This document shows, piece by piece, positions 1 to 15,000 of a stretch of DNA of 64,000 bases. Positions within the stretch are counted from its first letter, which is position 1, and every line of letters begins with the position of its first letter. The position numbers were made by a program, and so were the translations under genes. Location: assembly GCA_963695345.1 (NCBI GenBank), contig OY968769.1, positions 736,001-800,000 on the forward strand. The letters run 5' to 3'. The notes under the pieces were generated by a model that was not told the DNA's origin, made no database searches, and saw only the letters and a program-made list of their open reading frames with translations. This stretch comes from an uncultured Methanomassiliicoccales archaeon (GTDB lineage: Archaea > Thermoplasmatota > Thermoplasmata > Methanomassiliicoccales > UBA472).

Positions 1-3000
1 GGCATCGCTGCGGGTCCAGGCGACGGTCATCGAATCGACGATCGAATACGTGCCGTTATCCGGGGCGGTGATCGACAGGGTCGGGGCGATCGTGTCCACG
101 CGGAAAGTGACCGATGCCATGACATGGTTGTTCGCCACGTCGTAGGCTTCGACATAGACCGTGTGGGTCAGCTCCGCCAGCGAGGAGAAGGTGTTCTCTG
201 TGATCATTTCGATCGACGACCAAGACCCGGAGTCTATCCTGTACCGGTAGCCCTGCAGGCCGGTGCCCAGGTCGCTGCCTGCCCAGCTGGTCAGGACCGC
301 GCTGACGTTGAAGTTCTGGTCCGCGTTCGGTGCGGTGATCGTCAAGGACGGCGCGGTGACATCGACGGTGAAGTTGACCGACCGGACCTCCGAGTTGCCG
401 ACGTTGTCGGTCGCTCTGACGTCCACCCTGTGGTTTCCGTCAGATAGGCCGCCGAAGGCATGGCTCAGTGATCCAGACAGCGCGGACCATCCCAGTCCGT
501 CGACGCGGTACTCGTAGCCATTCACGCCGGAGCTCAGGTCCGTCGCAGGACCAGCTGACCGTGACCGTGGAGCTGTTGAAGATCGCGCCTTCGGTCGGCG
601 AGCCGATGACCAGCGCCGGAGCGGTCAGGTCGACATGGACGGTGACGCTGACCACGCGGTGGTTCTGGGCGTTGTCGGTGGCCCTGACGCTGAAGATGTG
701 GTCGCCCTCGCTCAGTCCGGCGAAGACCTGGGTGAGGCCCAGTCCGGTTGATGACCATTCAGCGCCATCCAGGGCATACTGGTAGCCGAGGATGCCGGAG
801 GTGGCATCGCTTCCGTTCCAGAATACCGTCACGGACGTGCTTCCGGTGTAAGAACCGGTCACTGGGGCGCTGATCGCCAAGGCCGGGACGACCGTATCCA
901 CGATGAAGTGGACGGTGGCGGTCGCCTCGTTGTCGGCGTTGTCGATCGCCTTGACGTAGACCGTATGCGTACCGTCGAGCAGTCCAGCGAAGTCGTGGGT
1001 GAGGCCTAGTGACGTACCGGACCACGACCCAGTGTCAATCTTGTACTGGTAGCCCTTGATCAGCGACGTGGCATCCTCGCCTGTCCAGAACACCGAGACG
1101 GTGGTGGAGTTGGTGTTGAGGCCTTCCATCGGTCCGGTGATCCCTACGGTCGGAGCGACGGTGTCGACGTTGAAGGTGACGGACGTCTCTTCCTGGTTGC
1201 CTGCCCTGTCGATGGCACGGACCTGGACGGTGTGATCTCCCTCGCTCAATCCAGTGAAGGTGTTGGTGACCGAGGACGAGACCGAGCTCCAGGCCAGTCC
1301 GTCGATGCAGTACTGATATCCCTGGATCCCGGAGCCGGAATCGGTACCGGTCCAGTCGACCTTGACCGAGCTGGATGGTGAGTAGTACCCACCGGCTGGC
1401 GATGTTATCGTTATGCCCGGTTTGACGGTATCGACGCGGAACGTGACCGACGCAGTGGCGGTGTTGCCGACCAGGTCGAAGGCCTTGACATAGACCGTGT
1501 GCAGTCCGTCGGCCAGTCCGGACAGATCGGTGGTGACCGCGCTATCCATTTCGGACCAGGCGACCGCATCGACGTGGTATTCATACCCGGCGATGGCGGT
1601 GATGACGTCGTTTCCGTTCCAGTTTACGGTCACCGTCGATGAGCTGGAATTGTATCCGCTGGCCGGAGCGGTGATGGTTACGGTCGGCGCGGAGGTGTCC
1701 AGCTTGACGTGGACGGAGGTAACGGCAAAGTTCCCGGAGCGGTCCGTGACCTTGACCTCGACGAAGTGTCCACCGTCAATTAGCCCGGTGAAGGTGCGGG
1801 TCAGGGTCATCGCGGAAACGGACCAGGACCCGTTGTCGATGCGGGACTGGTAGCCCTGGACGCCGGATGTGGCGTCCGTTCCGTTCCAATTGACGATGAC
1901 GGATGTGACCAGTGCGCCCTCCGTTGGGGAGGAGATGGTGACGGTCGGGACGGTGACATCGACGGTGAACGTTACCGACGATGTCCTCAGGTTGTTGATC
2001 TGATCGTATGCCCGGATGTCCACTGTGTGCGAGCCGTCGGCCACTCCGTTGAACACCGTGGTGGCGGTCATGGACTTTTCTGACCATGCGCCTCCGTCAA
2101 TGCGGCACTGGTATCCTGAGACACTAGTAGTGGCATCTATCGCGGACCAGGTGGCGGTGACCGACGACGAATCTAGATATGCCGATGCGGACGGGGCGGT
2201 GATGGTGATGACCGGCGCTACGGTGTCGACGGTGAAGTTGACCCGCTTGATTGTGGTCCTTCCGGCCAGGTCGACGGCCTTGACGTCGACGTAGTGGCTG
2301 CCGTCAGAGAGCCCGCTGAACAGGTGGAAGATCGGAGCCGTCGTTCCGGAGAAGCTGGCACCGTCGAGCGAGTACTGGTAGCCCTGGATTCCGGCAGTGG
2401 CGTCTGATCCGTTCCAGAACACCGTCACCGATGTCGAGTTCGTGAGGTAGAGGTTGGCCGGATTATCGATGACCAGCGTCGGGTTGACCGTGTCGATGGT
2501 GAACGACACCGACCTGGTCTGGTAGTTGTTGGCGTTGTCCCAGGTGCGTATCTCGACGGTATGCACTCCGTCCGTGAGGCCGCCGAAGGCATGGCTCACG
2601 GTGGCGAGGACGATGGACGACCATCCGCCCTCATCGATCCTGTACTGGCTTCCCTGCACATTGGAACCGGCGTCGCTGCGCGTCCAGGTCACGGTCTGCG
2701 AGGTGCTGGTCTGGTAGGCGTTGTTGGCCGGGGCGGTGATCGACAGCGTAGGCGCGGTCAGGTCGACCCGGACCGAGACCGATGCGGAAACGTGGTTGCT
2801 GGCGTTGTCCCAGACCTCGACGTAGAGGATGTGGGTCGTCTCGGTGAGCACGAAGGTGTAGCTCAGGTCGGTGACGATGCCTGACCAGGCGAGGGCGTCG
2901 GCATGGTAACGGTAGCCCTGCACGCCAGTACCGACGTCGGCGCCGGTCCAGCTGGCCAATACTGATGTTATGTTGAAGTTCTCACCGGCGGTCGGCGCGG

Positions 3001-6000
3001 TGATCGAGATCGTCGGTGAGGTCACATCGACGATGAAGGTGACCGATGCCTCGGATGGATTGCCCACGTTATCGAGGGACCGGACGTCCACTGTGTGGCT
3101 GGTGGTGCCCAGGCCGGTGAAGGCATGGCTCACGGTGCCGGAGACGGCCGTCCATCCCAGTCCATCGATCTGGTACTGGTATCCCTGCACTCCGGAGCTG
3201 GCATCGGTGGCGGACCAGGTCACGGTGACGGTCGAGCTGTTGAATATCGCCCCGCCCGACGGCGAGCTGATGGTAAGGACCGGCGCGGTCAGGTCGACAT
3301 GGATGGTGACGCTGACCGTGTAGGCGTTCTGCGCGTTGTCGGTGACCTTGACCCGGACGGTGTGGTCTCCCTCGCTCAACCCGACAAATCCCTGGCTGGT
3401 GCTCATCGAGGACGAGGACCATTCAGCACCGTCCAGCGAATACTGGTATCCCTGCACGCCGGAGAGGGCGTCACTGCCGCTCCACACCACTGTGGTGGAG
3501 GTTAGTGCGGTGTACGAACCGGTCACCGGGGAGCTGATCGCCACGGATGGCAGGACGTTATCCATTGTGAACTGGACCGACGTCTCCGCCATGTTATTGG
3601 CATGGTCATAGATCTGGACATAGACGGTATGGACCAGGTTCGAGAGCCCGGCGAAGTTGTTGGTCGCCGTCATCGAGATGCTCGACCAGGACCCGGTATC
3701 GAGCTTATACCGATATCCCAGGATGCCGGATGTGGCGTCGGACCCGCTCCATTCGACACCAACTGTGGTTACGTTGGTTATGTAGTTGCTCGCCGGCGAA
3801 TCGATCTGCACCGATGGTGCGACCGTGTCCACGTTGAACGTGACCGAAGTTTCTGACGGCAGGCTGGCGTTGTCCATGGCACGTATGTGCACCGTGTGGT
3901 CGCCCTCGCCCAGTCCAGAGAACGCGTGGGTCTTGGTCCAGGCCAGGACGGACCAGTCCTCGGCGTCGATGCGGTACTGGAATCCGGAGACGCCGGAACC
4001 GCCGTCGGTGGCGGTCCATACGACCGTGACCGTCGCCGAACTGGAATAGTAGCCGGCGGACGGGGACGATATCGAAACGGCCGGCGCGGTGGTGTCGACC
4101 CGGAACGTAACGGACGTGGTGGCCGAGTTACCGGCGTTGTCGACCGCCTTTACGTATACGGTGTGCAGGCCATCGGACAGACCGGAGAAATCATTGGTGA
4201 CCGCTCCGGACAGCGTGTTCCATCCTTCGGCATCGATGCGGTACTGGTAGCCGTTGATGCCGGCCGGGGAATCGGTGGCCGTCCAATCCACCGTGACCGT
4301 GGTGGAGTTGGTGATATAGCCGCCGGCGGGGGAGGTAATGGCGACCGCCGGTGGCGTCATGTCCAGAGTGAAGTTTACGGAAACGGTGTAGGTGTTGCCG
4401 GACCTATCGACCGCCCTCACCTCGACGAAGTGTCCTCCGTCGGCGAGACCGACGAAGGTGCGGGTGAAGGTCACGGCGACGGCCGACCAGGATCCGTTAT
4501 CGACCCGGGATTGGTAGCCCTGGATGCCGGAGGTGGCGTCGTTCCCGGTCCAATCGACGGTGGCGATGCCGACCAGAGCGCGGTCCGCCGGCGAGGTGAT
4601 CGATACCGCCGGGTCGGTGATGTCCACGACGAACGTCACCGAGGCGGTCCGGATGTTATTGGCCACATCATAGGCCCTGATGTCCACGGTGTGGGACGCG
4701 TCCGACAGACCGGTGAAGGTGTTGGTAAGGACCATGGCCTTGTCCGACCATTCTCCGCTGTCTATCCTATACTGATATCCGGAGACGCCGGAGACGGCGT
4801 CGGTGGAGGACCAGGTGACCGCTACCGAGGTGGAGTCAAGATAGGCTCCGGCCGACGGAGCCGAGATGGTCAGCACCGGAGCGACGTTGTCGACCGTGAA
4901 GTTGACCCTCTTGGTGGTGGTCCTGGTGGCCTTGTCGACGGCCTTGACGTCGACGTAGTGGTTACCGTTGGAGAGCCCGCTGAACAGGTGGAAGATCGGA
5001 GCCGTCGTTCCGGAGAAGCTGGCACCGTCGAGCGAATACTGGTAGCCGTTGATGCCGGCGGTGGCGTCTGATCCGTTCCAATAGACGGTCACGGACGTGG
5101 AGTTGGTAAGGTAGAGGTTCGCCGGGTTGTCGATGACCAACGTCGGGTTGACCGTATCGACGGTGAAAGAGACGGACTTGGTGGTCACCAGGTTGGCGTT
5201 GTCGAAGCAGCGTACCTCGACCACATGGACGCCGTCGGTAAGGCCGGTGAATGTGTTGCTGGTGGTTGCCAGAACGATCCCCGACCAGGCGCCGCCGTCG
5301 ATATGGTAGGAGCTTCCCTGTAGGCCGGAGCCGGCGTCACTGCGCGTCCAGGTCACGGTCTGCGAGGTGCTGGTCTGGTAGGCGTTGTTCGACGGTACGG
5401 TGATCGTCAATGTCGGGGCGGTGGTGTCGACCCGGAACTGTACGGTCGCCACGTAGATGTTGCTGGCGTTGTCGGTGGCCTTGATGTGCACATGTGCACG
5501 GCCTGCGACAGGCTGGTGAAGGTATGGGTCAGAGCTTCCGGCGATGGTGGAGTAACCTCCGCTGTCGATCTCCCACTGGTACCCGGCGATCCCGGCCAGG
5601 TTGTCGGTCCCGTTCCAGTTGACGATGACGGTGGTGACGTTGAAGATGGCGTTGTTCGCCGGGTAGGAGATCACGACGGACGGAGCCGTGGCGTCCAGAG
5701 TGAAGTTGCGGAACGTGTCGGCATAGTTGCCGGCCCGGTCGAACGCTTTCACCTGGACCATGTGGTTGCCGTCCGCCAGGCCGGTGAAGGTGCGGCTCGC
5801 GGTGGCGGAGAGAGAGGACCATGATCCCCCGTCGATCCGCGACTGGTAGTTCAGTATCCCGGAGGTGGCGTCATTGCCGGACCAGACGACTGCCTGGGAG
5901 TTGACAAGCTGGCCCTCGGTGGGCGAGGTGACGCTGACGGTAGGTGCGACGGTGTCGACGACGAACGTCACCGTGAGGGTGGCGATGTTGTTGACGTTAT

Positions 6001-9000
6001 CGTGCGCCCTGACCGATACCGTGTGCGAGCCCTCCCCCAGTCCGGTGAACGCGTGGCTGATGTCCATGGAGAGCGTCGAATAGGCCTCGGAGTCGACCTT
6101 GTAGGTGTATCCCTGGAGCCCGGTGACGGCGTCGCTTCCGGTCCAGACCACTTCCACCGTGTTCACGTTGAAGTACGATCCGCCGGCCGGAGAGGTGATC
6201 AGAAGGCTCGGCGCCACCAGGTCCACGGTGAAGCTGACCGTGGCCGAACCGGTGTTGCCGGCGTTGTCCTGCACCTCAACGTACACGGTGTGCACGCCGG
6301 TGGTCAGCGAGGTGAACGTGCGGGTCAGCGAACCGGAATAGGCAGACCAGGCCACCGAGTCTATGTGGGAGCGGTAATGCCATACGCCGGAGTTCTCGTC
6401 GGAGCCGGCCCAGTCGACCTGGACCGAGGATGAGGCGGTGATCAGCCCGTTCGCTGGGGACGAGATCGACACCGTCGGCTGGATCGTGTCGACGTTGAAG
6501 GTGACGCTCACCGAGTTCTTGTTGCCGGCGTTGTCCTCGGCCTCGATGACCACGGTATGCACTCCCTGGTCCAGCCCGGAGAAGGTGTGGGTGGCGGTCA
6601 TGCTCAGCGAGGAGAACTCATCGGAACCGATCTTGTAGCGGTAGCCGGCCAGCCCGGTGCCGAGGTCGATCCCGGTCCAGGTCACGGTGACCGACGTGGA
6701 CGAAGAGATGTAGTTATCGGCGGGAGAGCTGATGGAGACGCCCGGTGCCGCCGTGTCGACGATGATTCTGATGGTGTCCACGGCGTTGTTGCCGGCCAGA
6801 TCCCAGACCTGTATGTCGACAGTGTGGGTGTCATCGCCCAGGCCAGAGAACTCGTGGGATAGGTCGTTGGACAGCACCGACCAAGCGCTTCCGTCGAGAC
6901 TGTACTGGTAGCCAGTCACTCCGGACAGCGCGTCGCTGCCCTCCCAGATGACCGTGACCGTCGAGGAGGCAGAGATGGAATAGTCAGCCGGCGATGTTAT
7001 GTCGATCGTCGGCGCGGTGGCGTCGAGCGTGAAGTTGACGAACGCATAGGAGCACGAGCCGGTAATGTCGAACGCCCGGACCGTCACGGTGTGATTGCCA
7101 TCGGCCAGTCCGGAGAACGTATTGCTGGTGGTCAGGTCCATGGTCGACCAGGCGCCGCCATCGGCACGGTACTGGTAGCCAGCGACACCGGAGGTGGCGT
7201 CGGAGGCCGCCCAGGTGATGTACCGGTCGTTGACAAGCTCCCCCTCGGATGGTGAGGTGATCTCCAGAACCGGAGGCACCGTGTCGACCATGAAGGTTAT
7301 CGACCGGAGCGTGACCAGGTTGGCGTTGTCGAATATCTGGACCCGGACGGTGCGGTTGCCGTCCCCCAGGCCGGTGAACGTGTGGCTGGTGTCCGAGGAG
7401 ATCGAGGACCAGGCACCGCCGTCGATGCTGTAGCGGTATCCCTGGACATCGGATGTCAGGTCGGATCCGGACCAAGAGACGGTGACCGAGGTGAGGTTGG
7501 TCAGATGGTCGACGGACGGGGCGGTGATGGATAGGCTCGGAGCGACCGTGTCGACCACGAACGTGACCGAGTCGGTCTCGCTGTTGCCGGCGTTGTCGGT
7601 GACCTTGACGTAGACCGTGTGGGTCCCGTCCGTCAATGAACCGAACAGATGGCTGGTCGACATGGACGAGGAGGACCATGAACCGCCGTCCAGCTTGTAC
7701 TGGTAGCCGGCGATGCCGGAGGTGGCGTCCTCTCCGGTCCACCCGACGGTGACCGAGGAGACGTTGAATATGTCGTCGTTCGGAGGGCGAGTCGATCGCT
7801 ATCGTCGGGTTCACGGTATCGACCTTGAAGGTGACCGAGGCGGTCGCCATGTTGTTGGCGTTGTCCCAGATGCGCACGTTCACCGTGTGCGATCCATCCT
7901 CCAATGCATCGAACGCCTGGCTCAGCGAACTGGATATCGCGGACCAGGCACCGCTATCGATGCGGTACTGGTAGCCCTGAACGCCGGTACCGACGTCGGC
8001 GCCGGTCCATACGACGGTGACGGAGCTGAGCTTGGAGTTGTAGTTGTTCGCCGGGGAGGAGATCGTTATCGTCGGCAGGGTCAGGTCCACGGTGAAGCTG
8101 ACGCTTCCCTGGGCGGTGTTGCCGGCGTTGTCGATGACCTTGACGTCGACCTTGTGCAGGCCCTTGATCAGACCGCTGTAGGTGTGGCCCAGGGCGGTGA
8201 CCACCGATGACCATGAACTGCCATCGATGCGGTACTGGAAGCCGGCGATGCCGGAATTGGCGTCGGTCGCCGTCCAGTTGACCGTGACGGTGGAGGAGTT
8301 CGAGTTGAACACCGTTCGCCGGGGAGACGATGGTCAGCACCGGCGAAATCGTGTCCACGGTGAAGGCGACGGTGGCTGTTGCGAAGTTTGTGGAACGGTC
8401 GACCGCCATGACGTCGGCGGTGTGCGGTCCCTGGGCGAGCCCGGAGAACCCGTTGCTGACCCGCGAGACCAGTGACGACCATTCGCCGCCGTCGATGCGG
8501 TACTTGTAGCCCGCCAGGCCGGATGTCGCGTCGCTGCCGGTCCATATGACCGTGACCAGCGAGTTGCCGGAGATGAAGCCGTTCGGCGGCGAGGTGATGG
8601 AGACCGACGGATCGACCGTATCGACCACGAAGGTCACGCTGGCAATGTAGGAGTTGCCGGCGTTGTCGATCGCCTTGACGTAGGCGGTGTGCGATCCCTG
8701 GGCAAGACCCGTGAATACGTTGTCGGTAGATCCTGACTTCAACGACCAGGAGTCCCCGTCGATCCTGTACTGGTAGCCGTCCATTCCGGTGGTGGCGTCG
8801 GTCGCGGACCAGAAGACGTGCGGGTCAGCGGTGTTCAGGAACGCCCCGGTGGACGGCGAGGATATCGCCAGTACTGGTGCGGTGGTATCGACGGTGAAGC
8901 TGACCGCCGCGGTGGCGGTGTTGTCGGCCCGGTCATAGATCATGATGTCGACGGTATGCGAACCGTCGGAGAGGCCGGAGAACCCGTGGATCAGCATGAC

Positions 9001-12000
9001 CGTGAGCGAGGACCATTCGCCGCCGTCGATGCGGTACTTGTAGCCCTTGACGCCGGACGGGACGTCGCTGCCGGTCCAGGTAACCACGACGTTGCTGGCG
9101 GCGGAGATGGACCCGTTCGACGGCGAGGTGATGCTGACCTCCGGCGGGCTGTGGTCGCCGGTGTCGATGATGAACGTGACCGAGGACGTGGCAACGTTGC
9201 CGACGTTGTCGACGGCCCGGACGCTGACGGTATGCGATCCGTCATCTAGGGCGGAGAACAGGTGGCTCAGTACCACGTCTATTTCGGACCAGTCGCCGGA
9301 GTCGATCTTGAACTGGTACCCCTGGACGCCGGTCGTGGCGTCGGTGGCGTGCCACACCACGTTCATGAACGTGTCCGATGTGGCGGCGCCGCCGCTGGGA
9401 GAGGATATCGTAAGACTGGGAGCGACCGTGTCGACGGTGAAGTCGACGGAAGCGGTGCGGTTGTTGCCCGCCCGGTCGAACGCGCATACCTCGACGGTGT
9501 GCGTGCCGTCCAGCAGGTTGGTGAACGTGAAGGTCGTCGCCGACACCAGGCCGGACCAGGCGCTGCCGTCCAGGTTGTAGCGGTAGCCGAGGATGCCGGA
9601 GGTCGGGTCGACCCCGAGCCAGGTGACGGTCATCGACGTCGAACCGGTGTTGACGCCGTCGGCCGGGGAGCTGAACGATATGTCCGGCCGGACCGTGTCC
9701 ACGGTGAAGCTGACGTTGGCGGTCTCGAAGTTGTCGGCGTTGTCATACGCCCGGACGTATACCGTGTGGGATCCTTCGGACAGTTCCGCGAACAGATGGG
9801 TGACGTCGTCGGTCAGGGAGGACCATGCCTCCGAATCCACCTGGTACCGGTAGCCCTTGATGCCCGATGTCGGGTCGCTGCCGTTCCAGTTGACCTGCAT
9901 GGACGAGGAGTTGGTGTATACCGAGCCATCCGGCGAGGATATCGCGATGAGCGGCTTGACCGTGTCGACCGTGAAGTTCACGCAGGCCTTGTCGAAGTTA
10001 CCGGACATGTCGAAGACCCTGACCTCGACTATGTGCATTCCTTCGGAGAGCGGCCCGAACACGTGGAACAGGTCGTCGCTCATCTCGGTCCATTCCTGCC
10101 CGTCGATGCGGTAGATGTAACCGTCCACGCCGGACATCTCGTCGTCGCCGGTCCAGCTGACGTTCACCGACGAGGAGGGCGAGTAGTATTCGTTGACCGG
10201 TCCATTTATGGAGATGGTCGGATCGATGGTGTCGACCATGACCGTGACGGTCCTGATCCGGTCGTTGTCGGCGTTGTCCGTGGCCCGGATGTCCAGTACG
10301 TGCGTGCCTTCGGAGAGCGAAGTGAAGGTGAAGGTTATTTCATCGGTCAGATCGGACCACGCGCCCCCGTCCAGCCGGTGGCTGAAGCCCTTGAGCCCGG
10401 AATGAACGTCCCCGCCCAGCCAGATGACCCTTACCGATGATTGGTCGGAGTAGAACCCGTCCGCGGGCGAGGTGATCGACAGCGTCGGCAGGACGTTGTC
10501 GAGGTAGAACGTGACCGAGGCGGTGGCGGTGTTGCCGGCGTGGTCGGTGTCCCTGACCCAAACGGTGTGCTGGCCTACCGAGAGGCCGCTGAACACGTGG
10601 TCGCCGGAGACGCCGATGTCCGTCCAGCCCTGCCCGTCCACCATGAACTGGTAGCCCTGGATGCCGTAGCTCCCGTCCGCGCCCAGCGCGGAGACGCTCA
10701 CCGATGATGAGTTGACGTAGCTGCCGCTCGTCGGCGAAAGAATGCTTATCGTCGGCGCGGTGCAGTCGACGGTGAAGTTGACCGAGGCGGTCACGATGTG
10801 GCCGGCGTTGTCCCAGGCGCGCACGTCGACCCGGTGGTCCCCTTCCGGCAGGTAGTACGAGAAGGAGTAAGACAGCGTCGGTGAGGACCATCCGCCGTCA
10901 TCCAGCTCGTACTGGATCCGGTTGATGCCGGAGGTGACGTCGTGCAGGTCGCAGCTCACCGTGACCAGCACCGAGCTGGTCGACGAACCGTTGGCGGGCG
11001 ACGTGATGGACAGCGTCGGGGCGACGGTGTCGATCATGAACTGCACCGAGTCGGTGAGGACCGTGTCGTTCACGTCGACGGCGCGCACGTAGACGGTGTG
11101 CCATCCCTCGGACAGTCCGGAGAAGAACTGGTCCTCGGACAGTCCGCATGGGACCCATGCCCCGCTATCCAGCTGGGTCTCGTAATGGTCGATCTCGAAG
11201 GTCTTGAACAGACCCCAGGTGACGGTGACGTCGTTCGTCGTGAACGCAGTGTACCATCCAGGCGAGGTTATGGCGAAGGTCGGGCCGGTCCCGCCGATGT
11301 AGAAGCCGACGGCGTCGCTGCCCATGTTGCCGGCGTGATCGTATGCGCGTACGTAAACCGCGTGGTAGCCCTCGGACAGCCCGTTGAACGTGGCCGTCAG
11401 GTCTATCGAGAGCGGCGACCACTCGCCGCTGTCCATGCGACACTGGTAGCCGACGACGCCGGAGTTGAGGTCGCTCCCGGTCCAGCCGACGACGGCGGTC
11501 CGGTTGTCTACAGGCCCGGTGACCGATAGATAGTTGATGTCGACGATCGGCGGGTACGAGTCGGTGGTGAAGTTGACCGTCGCCGTGGCGAAGTTGCCTG
11601 CGCGGTCGTAGGCCCGGACCGTGAGCACGTGGCGCCCGTCCTGGATGGAGGTCAGAACCGTCCCGGTGGCAGAGGTCAGACCGGACCATCCGCTGCCATC
11701 CAGCCGGTACTGGTATCCGAGAAGGCCGCTGGTAAGGTCGCTGGCGGTCCAGTTGCAGTAGACGGAGGGGCTGGTGGTGTTGAACTCCGCGGCCGGGTCC
11801 AGGATGCTCAGGACCGGCGCGACGGTGTCGACGGTGATGGTAATGGATGCGCTGTCGTTGTTGCCGGCCCGGTCCAGGACCCTCACATCGATGGTGTGTT
11901 CGCCGTCGATCAGATCAGCGAAGGCGTGGCTTGTGCCGGTGGCGACGATAGACCATTCGCCGGAATCGATGCGGTACTGATATCCTTGCACCCCGGAGAC

Positions 12001-15000
12001 CGAATCGCTGCCCAGCCAGGAGACCGTGACCGACGGCGTCGCGAATATGGATCCGCTGCCCGGGGAGACGATCAGGACCGTCGGTTCGCCCGAGTCCACG
12101 GTGAACGTGGAGGTGATCCGGGCCCAGTTCATGGCGCCGTCGTACGCCTTCACGTCGAAGGTGTGCATGCCGTCCGGGAGACCGGCGAACGTCGCGTTCG
12201 GTGAATCGGAAAGCTCGGTCCAGGCCTGTCCGTCAATGCGGAACTGGTAGCCGGAAATGCCAGAAGTAGGGTCGGAAGAGGACACCCGGACAGTCACTGA
12301 TGAGGTGACGTAGGCCCCTTCCGACGGACTGATGATACCGAGGATGGGGATATAGGTATCTACGATGAAGGTGACCGAGGCGGTGGCTTCGTTGCCCGCC
12401 TTGTCGATGCACTTCGCCTCCGCGCTGTGCGGACCTTCTGCTAGTCCGGTAAAGTCGTGGCTGATCGCCTGGGTGGTGGCGGACCAGGCCCCGCCATCGA
12501 TGCGGTATTGGTATCCGCTCAGCCCGGCGGTGGCGTCGTAGGCGAACCAGATGAGCTTGACGGTGGCACTGTCGGAGTTGAATCCCATCGCCGGGGAGGT
12601 GATGGACATCTCCGGGGCGGTGGTGTCGACGACGAACGTCACGCTCTTGGTGATCGAGTTGTTGGCATTGTCGTAGGCGACGATCTCGACGGTGTGCGTT
12701 CCGTCCCAGGTGGAGGTGAACGTGAGCTCGGTGTCGACGGTCATATCGCTCCAGTCGCCGCCGTCGATGCTGTACAGATAGCCCTGGACGCCGGACGTGA
12801 GGTCGGTGGCGTTCCAAACGACGTGGACGAGGGCGTTGCCCAGGAACGCGTTCTGCGCCGGGGACAGTATCGTCAGTACCGGCGGGACGGTGTCGACGAC
12901 GGTGAAGTTCAGCGTGTCGATGGCCAGGTTGTTCGCGTGGTCGATGACCTTGACGACGAACGAGTGGTCGCCATCGCGCAGACCGAGGAAGGTGTGGCTG
13001 GTGGAACCGGTGATCGAGGACCAGGCGCCGCTGTCAAGCTTGTAGTAGTAACCGGCGATGCCTCCGGTGGCGTCGCTGCCCTCCCAGACGACGGTGAGGG
13101 CGGTCTCGTTCGTGATCAGGTCCGGCTCGGGCGAGGTGATCTGGACGGTCGGGACGGAGGTATCGACGTAGAACGTGACGGTCCGGGTCACGGTGTTGCC
13201 GATGTTATCGTAGGCCTTGACGCTGACCGTGTGCGAGCCGTCCGCCAGACCTTCGAAGACATGGCTGTAGACCAGCGATGTCGCCGGGTAGCTTTCCGAA
13301 TCGATCTTGAACTGGAAGCCGAGGAGACCGGATGTCGGATCGCTGCCGGCCCAGGTCACGTTGACCGTTGACGACGGTGAGTAATATCCACCCGACGGGG
13401 AGGTGATGGACAGTGACGGCGCCGTCGAATCGACGATGAAATTGACCGAGATGGTGGCGGTGTTGCCGGAGCGGTCGATGCCCAGGACGTCCACCTTGTG
13501 GCTGCCGTCCGACAGCCCCACGAAATTGTATGTCTTGGTCATGCCCAGTGCGGACCATCCGCCGTTGTCGATGCGGAAGCGGAATCCCTGCAGGCCGGAG
13601 GTGTTGTCGCCGCCGTCCCAGGTGACGGTCATGCTCTGGAGCAGGGTCATCGTACCCTCGGCAGGCGTGGATATCGACAGGTATGGTGCGGTGGTGTCGA
13701 CGGTGAAGCTGACCGAGGCCACAGCAATGTTGTTCGAGTTATCCAGCGAACGGACGTATACCATGTGCACGCCGTCGGCCATGTCGGTGAACAGGTTGGT
13801 GGTGGCGTTGTCGATCGGCGACCATTCGCCGTCATCGAGGCGGAACTGGAATCCCTGCAGGCCGGAGTTCAGGTCGCCGCCGGTCCAGTCCACCCTCATG
13901 GAGGTGACGCTGGAATAGATCGTTCCGGTCGGGTAGGTGATGGAAATGGATGCCGGGACGGTGTCCACGGTGAAGTTCCGGCTGACCAGCCGGACGTTGT
14001 CGGCACTGTCGAAGACCTGTACCTCGACTATGTGCATGCCTTCCGCTAACGACGTGTACTGACGGGAGGCGGTGAGGCTTGATGCCGACCAGGCCTGTCC
14101 GTCGACGCGGAACTGGTAGCCCTTGATCGGGGAGGAAGCGTCGGTAGCGGTCACGTTCACCGTGACCGTCGAGGCGTTGAGGAATGCGCCTTCTGACGGG
14201 ACGGTTATCGTTACCATCGGCGCGGTGGTATCGATGACGAACGAGACGGTCGCGTTCTCCACCAGGCCGGCCAGGTCGAACGCCTGGACGGTGAAGATGT
14301 GGGCCCCGTCCTCCAGGTCGCTGAGGGTGATGTCGTTGAAAATGGAGATCGATGACCATTCGCCGTCATCGAGGCGGCAGCGGAACCCGGTCAGGCCGGA
14401 CCCGTTGTCGCTGCCGGACCAGATGAACGTGACCTGGTCGGTGTCGGACAGGAAGTCCTGCGCCGGCGAGGATATCGTGACCACCGGGGCGTAGGGATCG
14501 ACGCGGAACGTGACGGTGGCGGTGACGTAGTTGAGCGCCTTGTCCAGGACCTTCACCTCGACGGTGTGTGTGCCCTGGGAGAGGGCCGGATAGTTGAACG
14601 AGGAAGAGACGTTGATACCGCTCCATTCGCCCCCGTCAAGACGATACTGGTAGCCGAGCACGCCGCAGCCGGCGTCACCACCGGTGGTTACGACGGTCAC
14701 GGACGAGGTGTTAACCCAGTCGTTCTCGGCCGGGAAGTCGATGGCCAGCGTCGGAAGCGTCAGGTCGATGGTGAATGTGACCGAGGAGTTCTGGGAATTG
14801 TTGGCGATGTCGAAGACCTTCACATATAGCGTGTGCGAGCCTTCGCCCAGTCCGGTCAGGTTGATCGAGGGGGAATTGTTCAGTTCCGACCAGTCCCCGC
14901 TGTCCAGTTTGTACTGGTACCCGGCCAGCCCGGTGCCGGCGTCGCTGCCGGTGCAGGAAACGGTCACGGAAGATGTGTTCAGGTAGCTGTCTTCGGCGGG

